NCBI GenBank assembly: GCA_964016885.1
Contig: OZ024741.1
Coordinates: 314,092,001-314,156,000, forward strand
Length of the DNA stretch: 64,000 nt
Direction of reading: 5' to 3'
Origin: Eledone cirrhosa
Lineage: Eukaryota
Shown here: positions 28,920 through 40,899 of the stretch, one piece after another
Layout of the letters: every line of letters begins with the position of its first letter
How positions within the stretch are numbered: the stretch's first letter is position 1
Program-made: the position numbers and the translations under genes
Notes under the pieces: model-generated
Database searches by the model: none
Told to the model about the DNA's origin: nothing
The model's input: only the letters and a program-made list of their open reading frames with translations

Positions 28920-30900
28920 TGAAAAAATGTGTGGAGATGATCATTGAGAGTGAGGTGGAGTTCTGCGTCGTCGACACAGACGAACTGGGCCTCCTACTTA
29001 GACTTACCTACGACACTGACTACCTAGACAGCCATCACCTTAGACGTCTCTGCCCTAGTAGACCCATATGAGGTAGACCCCCCACCATAACCTCAATGGC
29101 AAAAAGGACTCCCATGGGAAGGTGGATTGGGTGGACCAAAGCTACACGGACCCCCCAAAACAATGATCAGGTAAGAAAATGGTCGCACATGCAATAGGGG
29201 CTAGTATCAAAACTACCCCCAAGGGCCGCATATTTAAATTCAACGAGAAGATCTACACCCAAAATGAAGGAGCAGCCATTGGCGTCAGCACAGCTGGTGA
29301 TGTTGCCAACCTTTTCATGGTATGGTGGGAAAGGAGACTTAAAGATCTCCTTAATGAGAGCTCCATAGCCCTCATCATGTACTCTCGTTATGTAGACGAT
29401 ATCAAAATAGTTATAAGAACATCCCCACTAGAGAGCACTAACAAGTTTGATTTCGAACGTAGCACAATGTAAAGCATCCAGCAGATAGCTAATTCCATCC
29501 ACCAGAGTATAACTGTAACTATCGACTTCCCTTCCAAACACCCTAACAATAGACTACCTGTATTAGACACAGAACTCTGGATTAACACTATAGACGAGAG
29601 AGCCCAAATTCTCCACTCACACTATGCTAAACCCATGGCCTCCAAATATTTGATACTCAAAAACTCAGCAATGTCCAGTACTGCTAAGTTTAATATTCTG
29701 ATCGCAGATTTGGTACGAGTGATGAAGAATGTGTCCCGCATGTGCGACCCAACAGAAATGGAAAGACACATCCAACACTTCATCAACGGCATGCAGTTCT
29801 CTGGCTACAACCAAAGAGACAGAGTCAGAGTATACGAAGGAGCCATGGAGAAGTATAAGACCCTCATAGAACTGGACATGAAAGGAATTTGCCCATTATA
29901 CAGGAGCAAATCATGGAATAGCTTAGATAGGGCTAGACATAAGATAGGGAAAGCCACCTCATGGTACGACAACCAGAGATACCAGAGTATCATGTTTGTG
30001 GACACTACCCCTGGAGGAAAATTAGCTAACCAGTGTAGAAACGCTCTGAGAAAGACCCACTTAAAAATTAAGGTGGTAGAAAAGCCAGGAACCACCATAA
30101 AATCCCTGATAAGCAAAACCTACCCTTTTAAGAAAACCCACTGTACCAATAGGAAATGTAACATATGTAAGGTAAACCCCCGGATAAACTGTAAAACTAG
30201 AAACGTAGTCTATAGCATAAGATGTACAGAGGGTACCTGCAGAAACATGACAACAACATACATAGGTGAGACAGCTCGTAGCATAGGCGAAAGGATAGAC
30301 CAACACCGGGGGGAACTAAAAGGACGAAAAAACGGTTCAGTACAATACGTACATGCCAGACAAATATGACGGTAACATAGACAACATAGAAATTAGAATA
30401 ATATCTAAACATAGAAATGAGCCAGCAGATAGGCAAATCAGAGAGGCCAGTGAAATATAAATTAGAAGACCAAGACTAAACAGAAAGAATGAATGGAATA
30501 ACAACAACACCCAAACAAACAACCCTGACCTAAGAGAAGTATAAATAAGTAAATAAAATAAAATAAAATAAATAAATAAATAAATAAATAAATAAATACA
30601 TACACAAGCACAATAACAACAAACACATAAACACACATTAGTCACCCAATCACGAACACACATCACACAAAACACTATACACACACGCAAACGCATGCGC
30701 AAAGAAGACAAAATAAAATAAACAAACAAGCAAATAAATGAATAAATATATAGTCAGACTGAATAAAAATGGCGTAGCTATACAATTCAACAGGAGGAAA
30801 CAATAGAACCACTGACGATGTTGCAGATTTGCAACGAAAGATTTATGATAAACTATATATATGTGTTTGTGTCTATATTGTATCTGTATTATTTTTGACC
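28920..30900 (+). mobile_element. Penelope-like element, second lineage (RYVDD RT plus GIY-YIG), 5'-truncated and decayed
   Basis: FKFNEKIYTQNEGAAIG..AGDVANLFM, YSRYVDD, LPVLD, HYAKPMAS, C..KCNIC..CKTRNVVYSIRC..YIGETARSIGERI..H; stops and frameshifts. Confidence 0.9.
30808..30850 (+). ncRNA. Minimal hammerhead-like motif (decayed stem I)
   Basis: ca-CTGACGA-tGTTGCA gatt TGCAAC-GAAAG-at-TTA-tg; positional homologue of 17630-17674. Confidence 0.6.
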
Positions 30901-31060
30901 GTCGGTCAGTCAATGGCAACATTGAGGACCGAGTATATTATATTATATTAGATTACCGATATAAAAGACACAGAAGCGAAAAGCAAAAACCAACCAAACA
31001 GTGAGTGTGTTCTGTTATTAATTCTGGCAATATATCACAAATATGACCCTCCCCAAGTAT

Positions 31061-31109
<49 letters not shown>

Positions 31110-31138
31110 TAGATATACATATAGATATTTATATATAG

Positions 31139-31244
<106 letters not shown>

Positions 31245-31316
31245 GTATATATATAGTAATAATAATAAATTTGAAGACTAAATTCCAAAGAGGGCTCAAT
31301 AAGGATAAATATATAT

Positions 31317-31377
<61 letters not shown>

Positions 31378-31423
31378 AGAGAAAAAATTTACGAAATGGA
31401 AATGCGGGTATATAGAATTTATT

Positions 31424-31540
31424 AGGTAACAATTGTTTCTATAGTGTATGAGTTACCTATACCTCGCTACTTGAATAATACACAAATATTATCAAAAACC
31501 GAAAGTACACTGTAAGCCAACACACCATGTCATCAGACCT
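31424..31540 (-). ncRNA. Type I hammerhead ribozyme in a pLTR-like fragment (~31375-31900)
   Basis: AGGT-CTGATGA-cATGGTGTG...TACACTATa-GAAAC-AATT-GTT-ACCT followed by AATAAA. Confidence 0.8.
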
Positions 31541-31983
31541 TTGTATTAGAATGATATGGAAATATTTTATACACTAGATAAAAAATAAAGAAGGAGGTAG
31601 GAAGAGAAGGGGAAGAGGGAAGTGAGTAAGGTGGAGGGAGTCTTAGGGTTTACGACTGTCAGACTAGTAGAGATTGTGAAGAGAGAATGTCTTGGCAGCA
31701 GTTAGCTTAATGAGGCGTGCTGAGGTTGGCTGGGAAGTATATTCTTCTAGTGGTGTTGTACGGACAAAATTTAGTTAGAGGGGTCAAAGTGGTACAATGT
31801 CACAGACAACTTATTAGGGCTATTATAGTAGCAGGTTATTTCTAAAGGGGTCCAGAAAAACAGTGTTTAGTACTATTAATATAGAAAGCCATATCTAGTG
31901 TATAAATATATAAGACAGAAATTTGCAAACGTTGGTGTAAAAAGGTAACATTATATGCATTTAAAAAAAGAAAAAGTCGTTTT

Positions 31984-32024
<41 letters not shown>

Positions 32025-32209
32025 TAATTTAATATATCAACTAACATAAGCGCACAGATGCACGCCCATGCCAGCAAATACACAGGTTATGTCATAGTAC
32101 CTAGGTGGTTCAATGCAGGAGAATGCAGAACAATAATATAAAGGACGTAAAATAAGAAAATATTTTTTTTTTAAAATTTAAAAAAAATTTTTTTCTTACT
32201 TAAATTTTC

Positions 32210-32291
32210 ACTCCAACTAATTAGTTTCTGCAATGGGATAAAGACAGTTACGTAATCCAACTGTCGAGAATTCATTGCGTCATCAGGGAGT
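32210..32291 (-). ncRNA. Type I hammerhead ribozyme (array unit)
   Basis: Reverse complement of the motif at 32862-32943. Confidence 0.88.
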
Positions 32292-32861
32292 CTATTCTCA
32301 GTTAAGTCTCCAGGCAATGCGCGGACACTGGCGGCTCATATAAAAATAATAATAATTCGGTAGATCGAACAGCTTGCGAGGACTGGATTCTATGTACCGA
32401 AATTCTCACTGCTTCAAGTCAAATGGCCGATTCTAAAGAATCAATCACGTGACACAGAGGCTAGTTAGAAGGAATGGGATGGTAAGATGACTGACGCCTA
32501 CTAACACCCCAAAAAAATTTTTTTAGAAGTGGTTTTGACAAGTTTGCTCGACAAATCAGTGATTTGGAGATAAATATAGATAATTTAATATATCAACTAA
32601 CATAAGCGCACAGATGCACGCCCATGCCAGCAAATACACAGGTTATGTCATAGTACCTAGGTGGTTCAATGCAGGAGAATGCAGAACAATAATATAAAGG
32701 ACGTAAAATAAGAAAATATTTTTTTAAAAAAATTTAAAAAAAATTTTTTTCTTACTTAAATTTTCACTCCAACTCGTAAGCTGTTCGATCTACCGAATTA
32801 TTATTATTTTTATATGAGCCGCCAGTGTCCGCGCATTGCCTGGAGACTTAACTGAGAATAG

Positions 32862-32943
32862 ACTCCCTGATGACGCAATGAATTCTCGACAGTTGGATTA
32901 CGTAACTGTCTTTATCCCATTGCAGAAACTAATTAGTTGGAGT
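32862..32943 (+). ncRNA. Type I hammerhead ribozyme (array unit)
   Basis: ACTCC-CTGATGA-cGCAATG..[GACAGTT/AACTGTC hairpin]..CATTGCa-GAAAC-TAATTA-GTT-GGAGT. Confidence 0.88.
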
Positions 32944-33417
32944 GAAAATTTAAGTAAGAAAAAAATTTTTTTTAAATTTTTTTAAAAAAATATTTTCTTA
33001 TTTTACGTCCTTTATATTATTGTTCTGCATTCTCCTGCATTGAACCACCTAGGTACTATGACATAACCTGTGTATTTGCTGGCATGGGCGTGCATCTGTG
33101 CGCTTATGTTAGTTGATATATTAAATTATCTATATTTATCTCCAAATCACTGATTTGTCGAGCAAACTTGTCAAAACCACTTCTAAAAAAATTTTTTTGG
33201 GGTGTTAGTAGGCGTCAGTCATCTTACCATCCCATTCCTTCTAACTAGCCTCTGTGTCACGTGATTGATTCTTTAGAATCGGCCATTTGACTTGAAGCAG
33301 TGAGAATTTCGGTACATAGAATCCAGTCCTCGCAAGCTGTTCGATCTACCGAATTATTATTATTTTTATATGAGCCGCCAGTGTCCGCGCATTGCCTGGA
33401 GACTTAACTGAGAATAG

Positions 33418-33499
33418 ACTCCCTGATGACGCAATGAATTCTCGACAGTTGGATTACGTAACTGTCTTTATCCCATTGCAGAAACTAATTAGTTGGAGT
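33418..33499 (+). ncRNA. Type I hammerhead ribozyme (array unit)
   Basis: As 32862-32943. Confidence 0.88.
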
Positions 33500-33972
33500 G
33501 AAAATTTAAGTAAGAAAAAATTTTTTTTTAATTTTTTTAAAAAAATATTTTCTTATTTTACGTCCTTTATATTATTGTTCTGCATTCTCCTGCATTGAAC
33601 CACCTAGGTACTATGACATAACCTGTGTATTTGCTGGCAGGGGCGTGCATCTGTGCGCTTATGTTAGTTGATATATTAAATTATCTATATTTATCTCCAA
33701 ATCACTGATTTGTCGAGCAAACTTGTCAAAACCACTTCTAAAAAAATTTTTTTGGGGTGTTAGTAGGCGTCAGTCATCTTACCATCCCATTCCTTCTAAC
33801 TAGCCTCTGTGTCACGTGATTGATTCTTTAGAATCGGCCATTTGACTTGAAGCAGTGAGAATTTCGGTACATAGAATCCAGTCCTCGCAAGCTGTTCGAT
33901 CTACCGAATTATTATTATTTTTATATGAGCCGCCAGTGTCCGCGCATTGCCTGGAGACTTAACTGAGAATAG

Positions 33973-34054
33973 ACTCCCTGATGACGCAATGAATTCTCGA
34001 CAGTTGGATTACGTAACTGTCTTTATCCCATTGCAGAAACTAATTAGTTGGAGT
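33973..34054 (+). ncRNA. Type I hammerhead ribozyme (array unit)
   Basis: As 32862-32943. Confidence 0.88.
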
Positions 34055-34528
34055 GAAAATTTAAGTAAGAAAAAAATTTTTTTTAAATTTTTTTAAAAAA
34101 ATATTTTCTTATTTTACGTCCTTTATATTATTGTTCTGCATTCTCCTGCATTGAACCACCTAGGTACTATGACATAACCTGTGTATTTGCTGGCATGGGC
34201 GTGCATCTGTGCGCTTATGTTAGTTGATATATTAAATTATCTATATTTATCTCCAAATCACTGATTTGTCGAGCAAACTTGTCAAAACCACTTCTAAAAA
34301 ATTTTTTTTGGGGTGTTAGTAGGCGTCAGTCATCTTACCATCCCATTCCTTCTAACTAGCCTCTGTGTCACGTGATTGATTCTTTAGAATCGGCCATTTG
34401 ACTTGAAGCAGTGAGAATTTCGGTACATAGAATCCAGTCCTCGCAAGCTGTTCGATCTACCGAATTATTATTATTTTTATATAAGCCGCCAGTGTCCGCG
34501 CATTGCCTGGAGACTTAACTGAGAATAG

Positions 34529-34610
34529 ACTCCCTGATGACGCAATGAATTCTCGACAGGTGGATTACGTAACTGTCTTTATCCCATTGCAGAAACTAAT
34601 TAGTTGGAGT
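34529..34610 (+). ncRNA. Type I hammerhead ribozyme (array unit)
   Basis: As 32862-32943, with one substitution in the internal hairpin. Confidence 0.88.
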
Positions 34611-34676
34611 GAAAATTTAAGTAAGAAAAAAATTTTTTTTTAATTTTTTTAAAAAAATATTTTCTTATTTTACGTC

Positions 34677-34744
<68 letters not shown>

Positions 34745-34747
<3 letters not shown>

Positions 34748-35106
34748 ATTTAGTATATCTACCAACGCATGCGTACAGATGTACACTAATGCTAGCAAAT
34801 ACATAAGTTATGTCATAGTACCTAGGTGGTTCAATGCAGGAGGATGCAGAACAATAATATGAAAGACGTAAAATATGAAAATTTTAGAAAAAATAAAAAA
34901 TTAACTTACTTACTAAAATGTTCACTCCAACTAATTAGTTTCTGTAATGGGATAAAGATAGTTACGTAATATAACCATCGAGAATTCATTACGTCATCAG
35001 GGAGTCTATTCTCAGCTAAGTCTCCAGGCAATGCGCGGACACTGGGGACTCATTTTAGTAAGTATGTTAATTTTTAATTTTTTCTAAAATTTTCTTATTT
35101 TACGTC

Positions 35107-35112
<6 letters not shown>
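34745..35112 (-). mobile_element. Diverged copy of the 556-bp HHR family with a short inverted end
   Basis: Homologous to 32025-32340; 35052-35112 is inverted relative to 34858-34918. Confidence 0.85.
34924..35005 (-). ncRNA. Type I hammerhead ribozyme
   Basis: ACTCC-CTGATGA-cGTAATG..[GATGGTT/AACTATC]..CATTACa-GAAAC-TAATTA-GTT-GGAGT; compensatory changes relative to the array. Confidence 0.87.
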
Positions 35113-35173
<61 letters not shown>

Positions 35174-35184
35174 GATATATATAT

Positions 35185-35370
35185 AGCTATGTAATACACA
35201 AGATAAGATAATTATTTCCTTTACCAATTGTTTCTAGAAGAGCTTGACACTTGTGTCTGTCTTCCTTCGTCAGAAAATTTTCCTTATTGAAGACACACAT
35301 AAGTGTCAAGCTCTTCAAGAAACCATTGGTAAATGAAATAATTATCTCATGTTGTTTATTACATAACTAA
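35185..35370. repeat. Fold-back inverted repeat containing a hammerhead motif (35218-35277, minus)
   Basis: Arms 35185-35263 and 35289-35370; minus strand tttt-CTGACGA-aGGAAGA...TCTTCTa-GAAAC-aattg-GTA-aagg. Confidence 0.65.
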
Positions 35371-35468
35371 AAAGCTATGTAGCCTAGCCTACATAAAGCA
35401 CTCTCTTTTCCTTTACCTTTCCTATGGAAATACTTCTTATGTGTGTGTATATATATATATATATATAT

Positions 35469-35652
35469 ACTAGCAGTGGTACCCGGCGTTGGTTGCACGG
35501 GATAAGTTATTTTGGAACGCGGGCCGCCAACAGACTTAATCACATGTAAAGTTTGAAAAAGATCGATTGGATACTTCTCGGGTTTAACACACACACACAC
35601 ACACACACACATACACACACCCACACACACACACACACACGCACGCACACAC

Positions 35653-35683
<31 letters not shown>

Positions 35684-36200
35684 CATACATTCATCCTTCC
35701 TCAGTTTTATATATATATACATATATAGATTAAAATAACAGATTAAAGTTTACGCAAAAATCGTTGTTTTCACCCTTAACGGGATCTTCTGAAACTAAAA
35801 ACATTAATCTGTGAACGCAGAAGTAAATATTTCGAAAGTTGTTGCGACCGAAGGAAAACAGCAAGACGATACTTTAGTTCGTGAAGACGTTCCCTGGCAA
35901 TGAACGGATAATAGCGAACATAATACGTTATCAATGTTCGTCAGAATGCTGTAATGCAGACAGCCAGGAATACAGACAGATATTATAAGAGCACGACGGA
36001 GAAGGATAACCGGCGCCTAACACCCCTTTAACAACAGAAAATTGAAAAATAAAACCTGCAGTTAATATCTTTAGACCGCAAGGAATTTATAAATGCAAGT
36101 TTGAAGTCAATCGGAGTAGAAATGTGGATTTGTATTGACTTTGCAAAAATGAGGACACACTCACATACACACAGACAACATCAGTTTTATATATATAGAT
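35469..36200 (-). mobile_element. Helitron-like non-autonomous composite element
   Basis: Minus strand begins ATCTATATATATAAA and ends CAACGCCGGGTACCACTGCTAGT; related to 50142-51913. Confidence 0.65.
35747..35796 (-). ncRNA. Degenerate hammerhead-like motif (CAGAAGA core)
   Basis: AGTTT-CAGAAGA-tCCC gttaa GGGt-GAAA...AAACT. Confidence 0.4.
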
Positions 36201-36323
36201 GCCTTATGATAGCTAAGATGCGTCCATAGGCGGTATGCCGGTTGAGCACTCTATGCTCCTACGGAGCAGAGTATGATAAAACGGATAACGAAGAATCAAT
36301 TATGCATCTGAACTCATTTATTG

Positions 36324-36413
36324 CGTATTACAAATGTTTCTCCGGCGAACAGGTCGAGGTGCGATCTGTTGGTGGATCGACATTACTCTGGATTCGCAGG
36401 TTCCTCAGATACG
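36324..36413 (-). ncRNA. Type I hammerhead ribozyme (3' pLTR)
   Basis: CGTAT-CTGAGGA-aCCtGCGAA...TTCGCcGGa-GAAAC-attt-GTA-ATACG then AATAAA. Confidence 0.8.
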
Positions 36414-36935
36414 TCTGTTGGTTTCAAACATGTTTCTCTTACTAAAGGGTCCCGATCTTCCGAGTATATATCGTCTGTCTTCATCCTGTCCGCGCGTCAT
36501 CTGAGTTGGTCACTGGTTTGTGACGTCCTCACAGTTCTGGCCACTGAAATCTGCCCACTGATAATCTAGTCTTGAGCTGTCACTGATCTTCGTCCCATCC
36601 TCACACTTACTGATGTGTGTACTTACATCCACTCCCATACAAACGCACACACACACGCGGGGAGACACACAGATAGAGCCTGCGTGCTTGCATTCTAGCA
36701 TGTACCTACACATTCATATACACTTATCTATATATACAACCACACGACACGTACACAAACACACAGACACACACATGTGTACTTACATACAGCTACCTAC
36801 CTACGCACACACATATATATATATACACCCACACGCATATGCACACACATTCACACACTCACACATATGCATACACATATGTATATGCACATATATATAT
36901 ACACACACACGTGTCTACATACACACACACACACG

Positions 36936-36967
<32 letters not shown>

Positions 36968-37019
36968 CACATATGTGTATATATACGTGTATATATATAT
37001 GTATACGTGTTTATATTCG

Positions 37020-37076
<57 letters not shown>

Positions 37077-37078
37077 AC

Positions 37079-37110
<32 letters not shown>

Positions 37111-38205
37111 CACACATATGTGTATATATATATATACACACATACACACATGCGCCCCATGTATACGCACCCGTGCTTACATATGCACTCAAATGGGCCT
37201 ACTTTCACACATGGGCCTACACGCACACACATTCACACATATATAGCTACATCCACATACATATACGCATTTCCACACAAATATCTATGTATGCACACAT
37301 TCATACATACACACGCACACACACATATACACACATATACCCACACCCGCACATACATGTCTACACACACATATATGTGTGTGCACACACGCGTGTGGAT
37401 GCATGCACACACACACACATACCCATCCGCATATACATATATATATATGTATATACAGAAACACATATACACGCATACGTGCGCCTACTTTTACCAGCAC
37501 ATGCGCACACATATATATACGCCCACCTGAACATATATACAATATATACACCCACGTACAGATGCGTATATGTGTACATACTCCCCCCCCCCCCCAGGTG
37601 GACGTACATGCTCATACGTACACTCATATATGTGAATGAACTGTATAAAAGTATAAAAATATAAGAATACAAAATTATAAAAATATAAACGTGTAAAAAA
37701 TAAACTTGTAAAATAGGCCAAAATATATTAAAAATATATTAAAAATATTTAAAAAATAATGAGTATAAACTGTAAAAAGTATCTGGATGGAATATTCAGG
37801 GAGTACATGGTGCTGTACATCGAGATGTTACGTGAGGAAATAGGTGCAAGGTAGGGAGAATGTGCGCATGGAGGTACGATGTTTAGTGCATGCAGCATCT
37901 CACATGCCGGTATATAGGTACGTTCAGACATACTTTGTTGTACATGTTGACAGAGTTGGCATTATGGTGCTAACGTGGATTAATCCACTTATAGAAATCT
38001 CAAGCAGAATTACATATGTTGAGGTCATGAGAATAATGCAAAGGGTATACACAGAACACACAAATAATGCACACAGAATATACTCAAATACATACATATA
38101 TAATACATAAACATATAAATATATAAGGAAAGCGTATAAAAAAACACATTGGGTTGTACATGAGGTGTTACATAATGTGATACGTGGAGAATATATACAC
38201 ACTAC

Positions 38206-40556
38206 TTAAAAGATCGTGCGATCCGGTGGTGTCCACGCGCAGAGTGTAGATCTTCCCTGGTGTCTGCCTATCATGATGATCTCCGATTTCAAGTTGACTG
38301 CGTCATCCTTTAATCTCACTATCTCCGTAGCCTCGGATAAGCATAGTCTGCACTTCCTGTCGCCAGTCGAATATGCACTGGCGTGTTGAATAATACACAA
38401 GTTGAGATCATACGGAGTGCCGGTGTCCTTTAATTCCCTTATTAGATCCGCCAGCCTAGTGGAGTGTCTCTTGCTTCGTCCTTAAAAGAACTTGTGTGAT
38501 TCAACATCCTCGATTTAAAGGTCGTGGATGTTGCGCCGATGTAAGTGCGCTTGGTGTTGTGCGTGTTAACAACACATTTAGATACAACGCCCATCGTTAG
38601 GCATCTTCCCTGAAGAGGGCATTTCATGCCTACTCTGCAGTTGCATGTTCGGTCGTTATGTTGTGCATTTCTTACGCTGGGTCCTGGCCCTGTTTCGGCG
38701 TTCCCCCTGTGTTGAGTCAGTTGCCCTCCTGGTTGTGTCTACCCGTTATTTCATCCCCTATGTTACCGTTATCTATATATCTACCATGTGCGACAGGGTT
38801 ACGCTGTCCGTTTAGTGAAATATTGTTCTATATTGTCGGGTCTAATGGTGGTCCCACTAATGCTATCTGGTGCTGTTGTCGGGGCTATTTCATTACTATT
38901 GATCCGGGTGTTCTCTCTGTCTGGTTCCACGTCCAGATCTGCCTTTACTCTGTCACTAGTTCCAGTTTCCGCGTTGCGTATTGTGTCTGTGTTAGGATTC
39001 TGTCTGTGTGTACTATGTGGTATATCGTCCGCGCGTGCCTGCGTCTGTCTTAGTGTCAGTCTAGCGCCCCTGGCGTAATCTGTACTGTTAGCCCTATTCT
39101 TAGATGCTTGTTCCGGGTTATTCTTCCTACCTATGGAAGTCCTACTGCTATCCTCATATGCGCGTTACTCACCGCTGGGCCTTTCCCTGTCTGGGGTGTA
39201 CACTATGGCTTCTGTGTAACCAGGGTGGATATGCGTTTGGATATCCTTCTTACTATGCCGTCTATTTCGGACTTGGGGTGTTTCGAGTGCCTGTTTACGT
39301 ACTGTAGGTTCTCGTTGGGATTGTGGTAAGGCTGATGTATGCACGTATTCAGTTCTAGTGTTACGGCTAGGAAATTCAACGTCTGAGTGCTAGGATCTAT
39401 CAGCACGGATAAGCCGTGCTGTTTAAACAAATGCGATATACGCTTCCACATACGCTTCAGCTGCTTGGGGTTTAGGGATGCGGAAGGCAAATAGTGCGTC
39501 GACTCTATATATTCCTCCACCGATCCCTGGGATTTCCTACGCTAGCCTTTGGAGGAGATATATCCCACCAGGTCCGTCACCTGCGCAGAGTCACTCGACC
39601 CCATAGTAATATGGAAACAATCGGGTCTGTCCCTCCTTTCCCATAGTTTAATGTCGAAGCTAATTAACGTCTTTCGCGCTGCTATTATGATGTTAACTTC
39701 CTCTCTAGTGATGTTGGACTAAGCCATGGCGCTCATGAGGGCCTTGTTCACAATTACTGGTGATACGGTCGCGTAGTAACTCGCTATGTCCAATTGAATG
39801 ATATTTACCTCATGTTTGCTATCTAATAGCGAGAACCATTCTATTACCTCCTTGGTGGAGGTCCATAAGCTAAGCCTAGTTTTAGTCCTAATTACCGGTA
39901 GGATCCTATCTATGATATTCTTACTGGCCCTACCTAGGTCTGATTTGGAGGGTGCTATTAACCTAACGGGGAGATTTGTCCTAAAGTCTAATTTGTGATC
40001 CTTAATGGATATCCTCGGTTTTCTGTGTACATAAGGTTCTGTTCTATAATCTATTTCTAGTCCTGTTATGATTACATTAGTCGTGGCGTTGATGTTATCT
40101 AGGTTGTCCAATCCTGTGGTCCTATAGTTTTTCCTAACCTCTTTCCCCGTGCAGTCGTTTTATGTAAAGTGGTCAAGCATGTATACATTAGCAGTTTTGT
40201 CCGAGGGCACAAGTAAATCCCGGCATCTTTCTATGCATTTCATCGTGGAGCTGAGTTTCCTGAGGTATTCGTGATTGCATGTCGTGTTCCTTCGGAATTT
40301 GATGTTTCGGACGATGGTGACGATACAATTTTCAAATTCGCCTAGTAAAGCGTTATGTGGGTGTGTCGTCTGGATTTAAAGATCCGTTTGAGCAATTTCA
40401 TGTGCGTGCTGTTGTGTCCTTTTGTCGTAGTGGAATGCGCGCCATGTCATGCGTCTAATGAAGGGAGTTTGTGTGGTGAATCAATAAGCTCATGTAGGTG
40501 TTGTCGGAAGAGATCGGGATGTACTTTGATGAGGAAGAGTACTGGAAATTATCCAT
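38206..40556 (-). pseudogene. PLE RT plus GIY-YIG endonuclease pseudogene
   Basis: Starts MDNFQYSSSSKYIP; KDHKLDF..RLIAPSKSDLGRASK, QLDIASYY, TMGSSDSAQVTDLVG, CNCRVGMKCPLQGRC, YIGATSTTFKSR..H, CRLCLSE; many stops and frameshifts. Confidence 0.9.
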
Positions 40557-40725
40557 GGCGATTCGCTGTAAGCGCTCTACTTGTAAAGGAGCGGAATATA
40601 TGTCTTATGGTAGCTAAGATGCGTCGATAGGCGGTATGCCGGTTGAGCACTCTATGCTCCTAAGGAGCATAAGTATGATAAAATGGAAAACGAAGAATCA
40701 GTTATGCATCGGAACTCATTTATTG

Positions 40726-40815
40726 CGTATTACAAATGTTTCTCCGGCAAACAGCTCGAGGTACGATCTGTTGGAGGATCGACCTTACTCTGGATTCGCA
40801 GATTCCTCAGATACG
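40726..40815 (-). ncRNA. Type I hammerhead ribozyme (5' pLTR)
   Basis: CGTAT-CTGAGGA...GAAAC-attt-GTA-ATACG; homologue of 36324-36413. Confidence 0.75.
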
Positions 40816-40899
40816 TCTGTTGGTTACAAAGCAGGTTCTCTTTCTAAAGGGTTCCGATCTTCCGAGTATATATCGTCTGTCTTCATATATATATATAGG

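Larger units (their letters stand above)
32021..34680. repeat. Non-coding ~556-bp tandem array with one HHR per unit: ~1.35 units on minus (32021-32774), then ~3.4 units on plus (32775-34680)
   Basis: CTGATGA cores at 32867, 33423, 33978 and 34534 (spacing 556, 555, 556); units near-identical; (TA)n on both sides. Confidence 0.95.
36200..40890 (-). mobile_element. Near full-length decayed PLE with two direct pLTRs
   Basis: 36200-36485 matches 40600-40885; between them a disrupted RT-GIY-YIG ORF and a microsatellite-rich 3' UTR. Confidence 0.9.

Noticed and set aside
32021-34680. CRISPR array or classical satellite interpretation of the tandem repeats
   Set aside because: No short repeat-unique spacer pattern and no cas genes in eukaryotic DNA; few units, and dispersed diverged copies carry ribozymes
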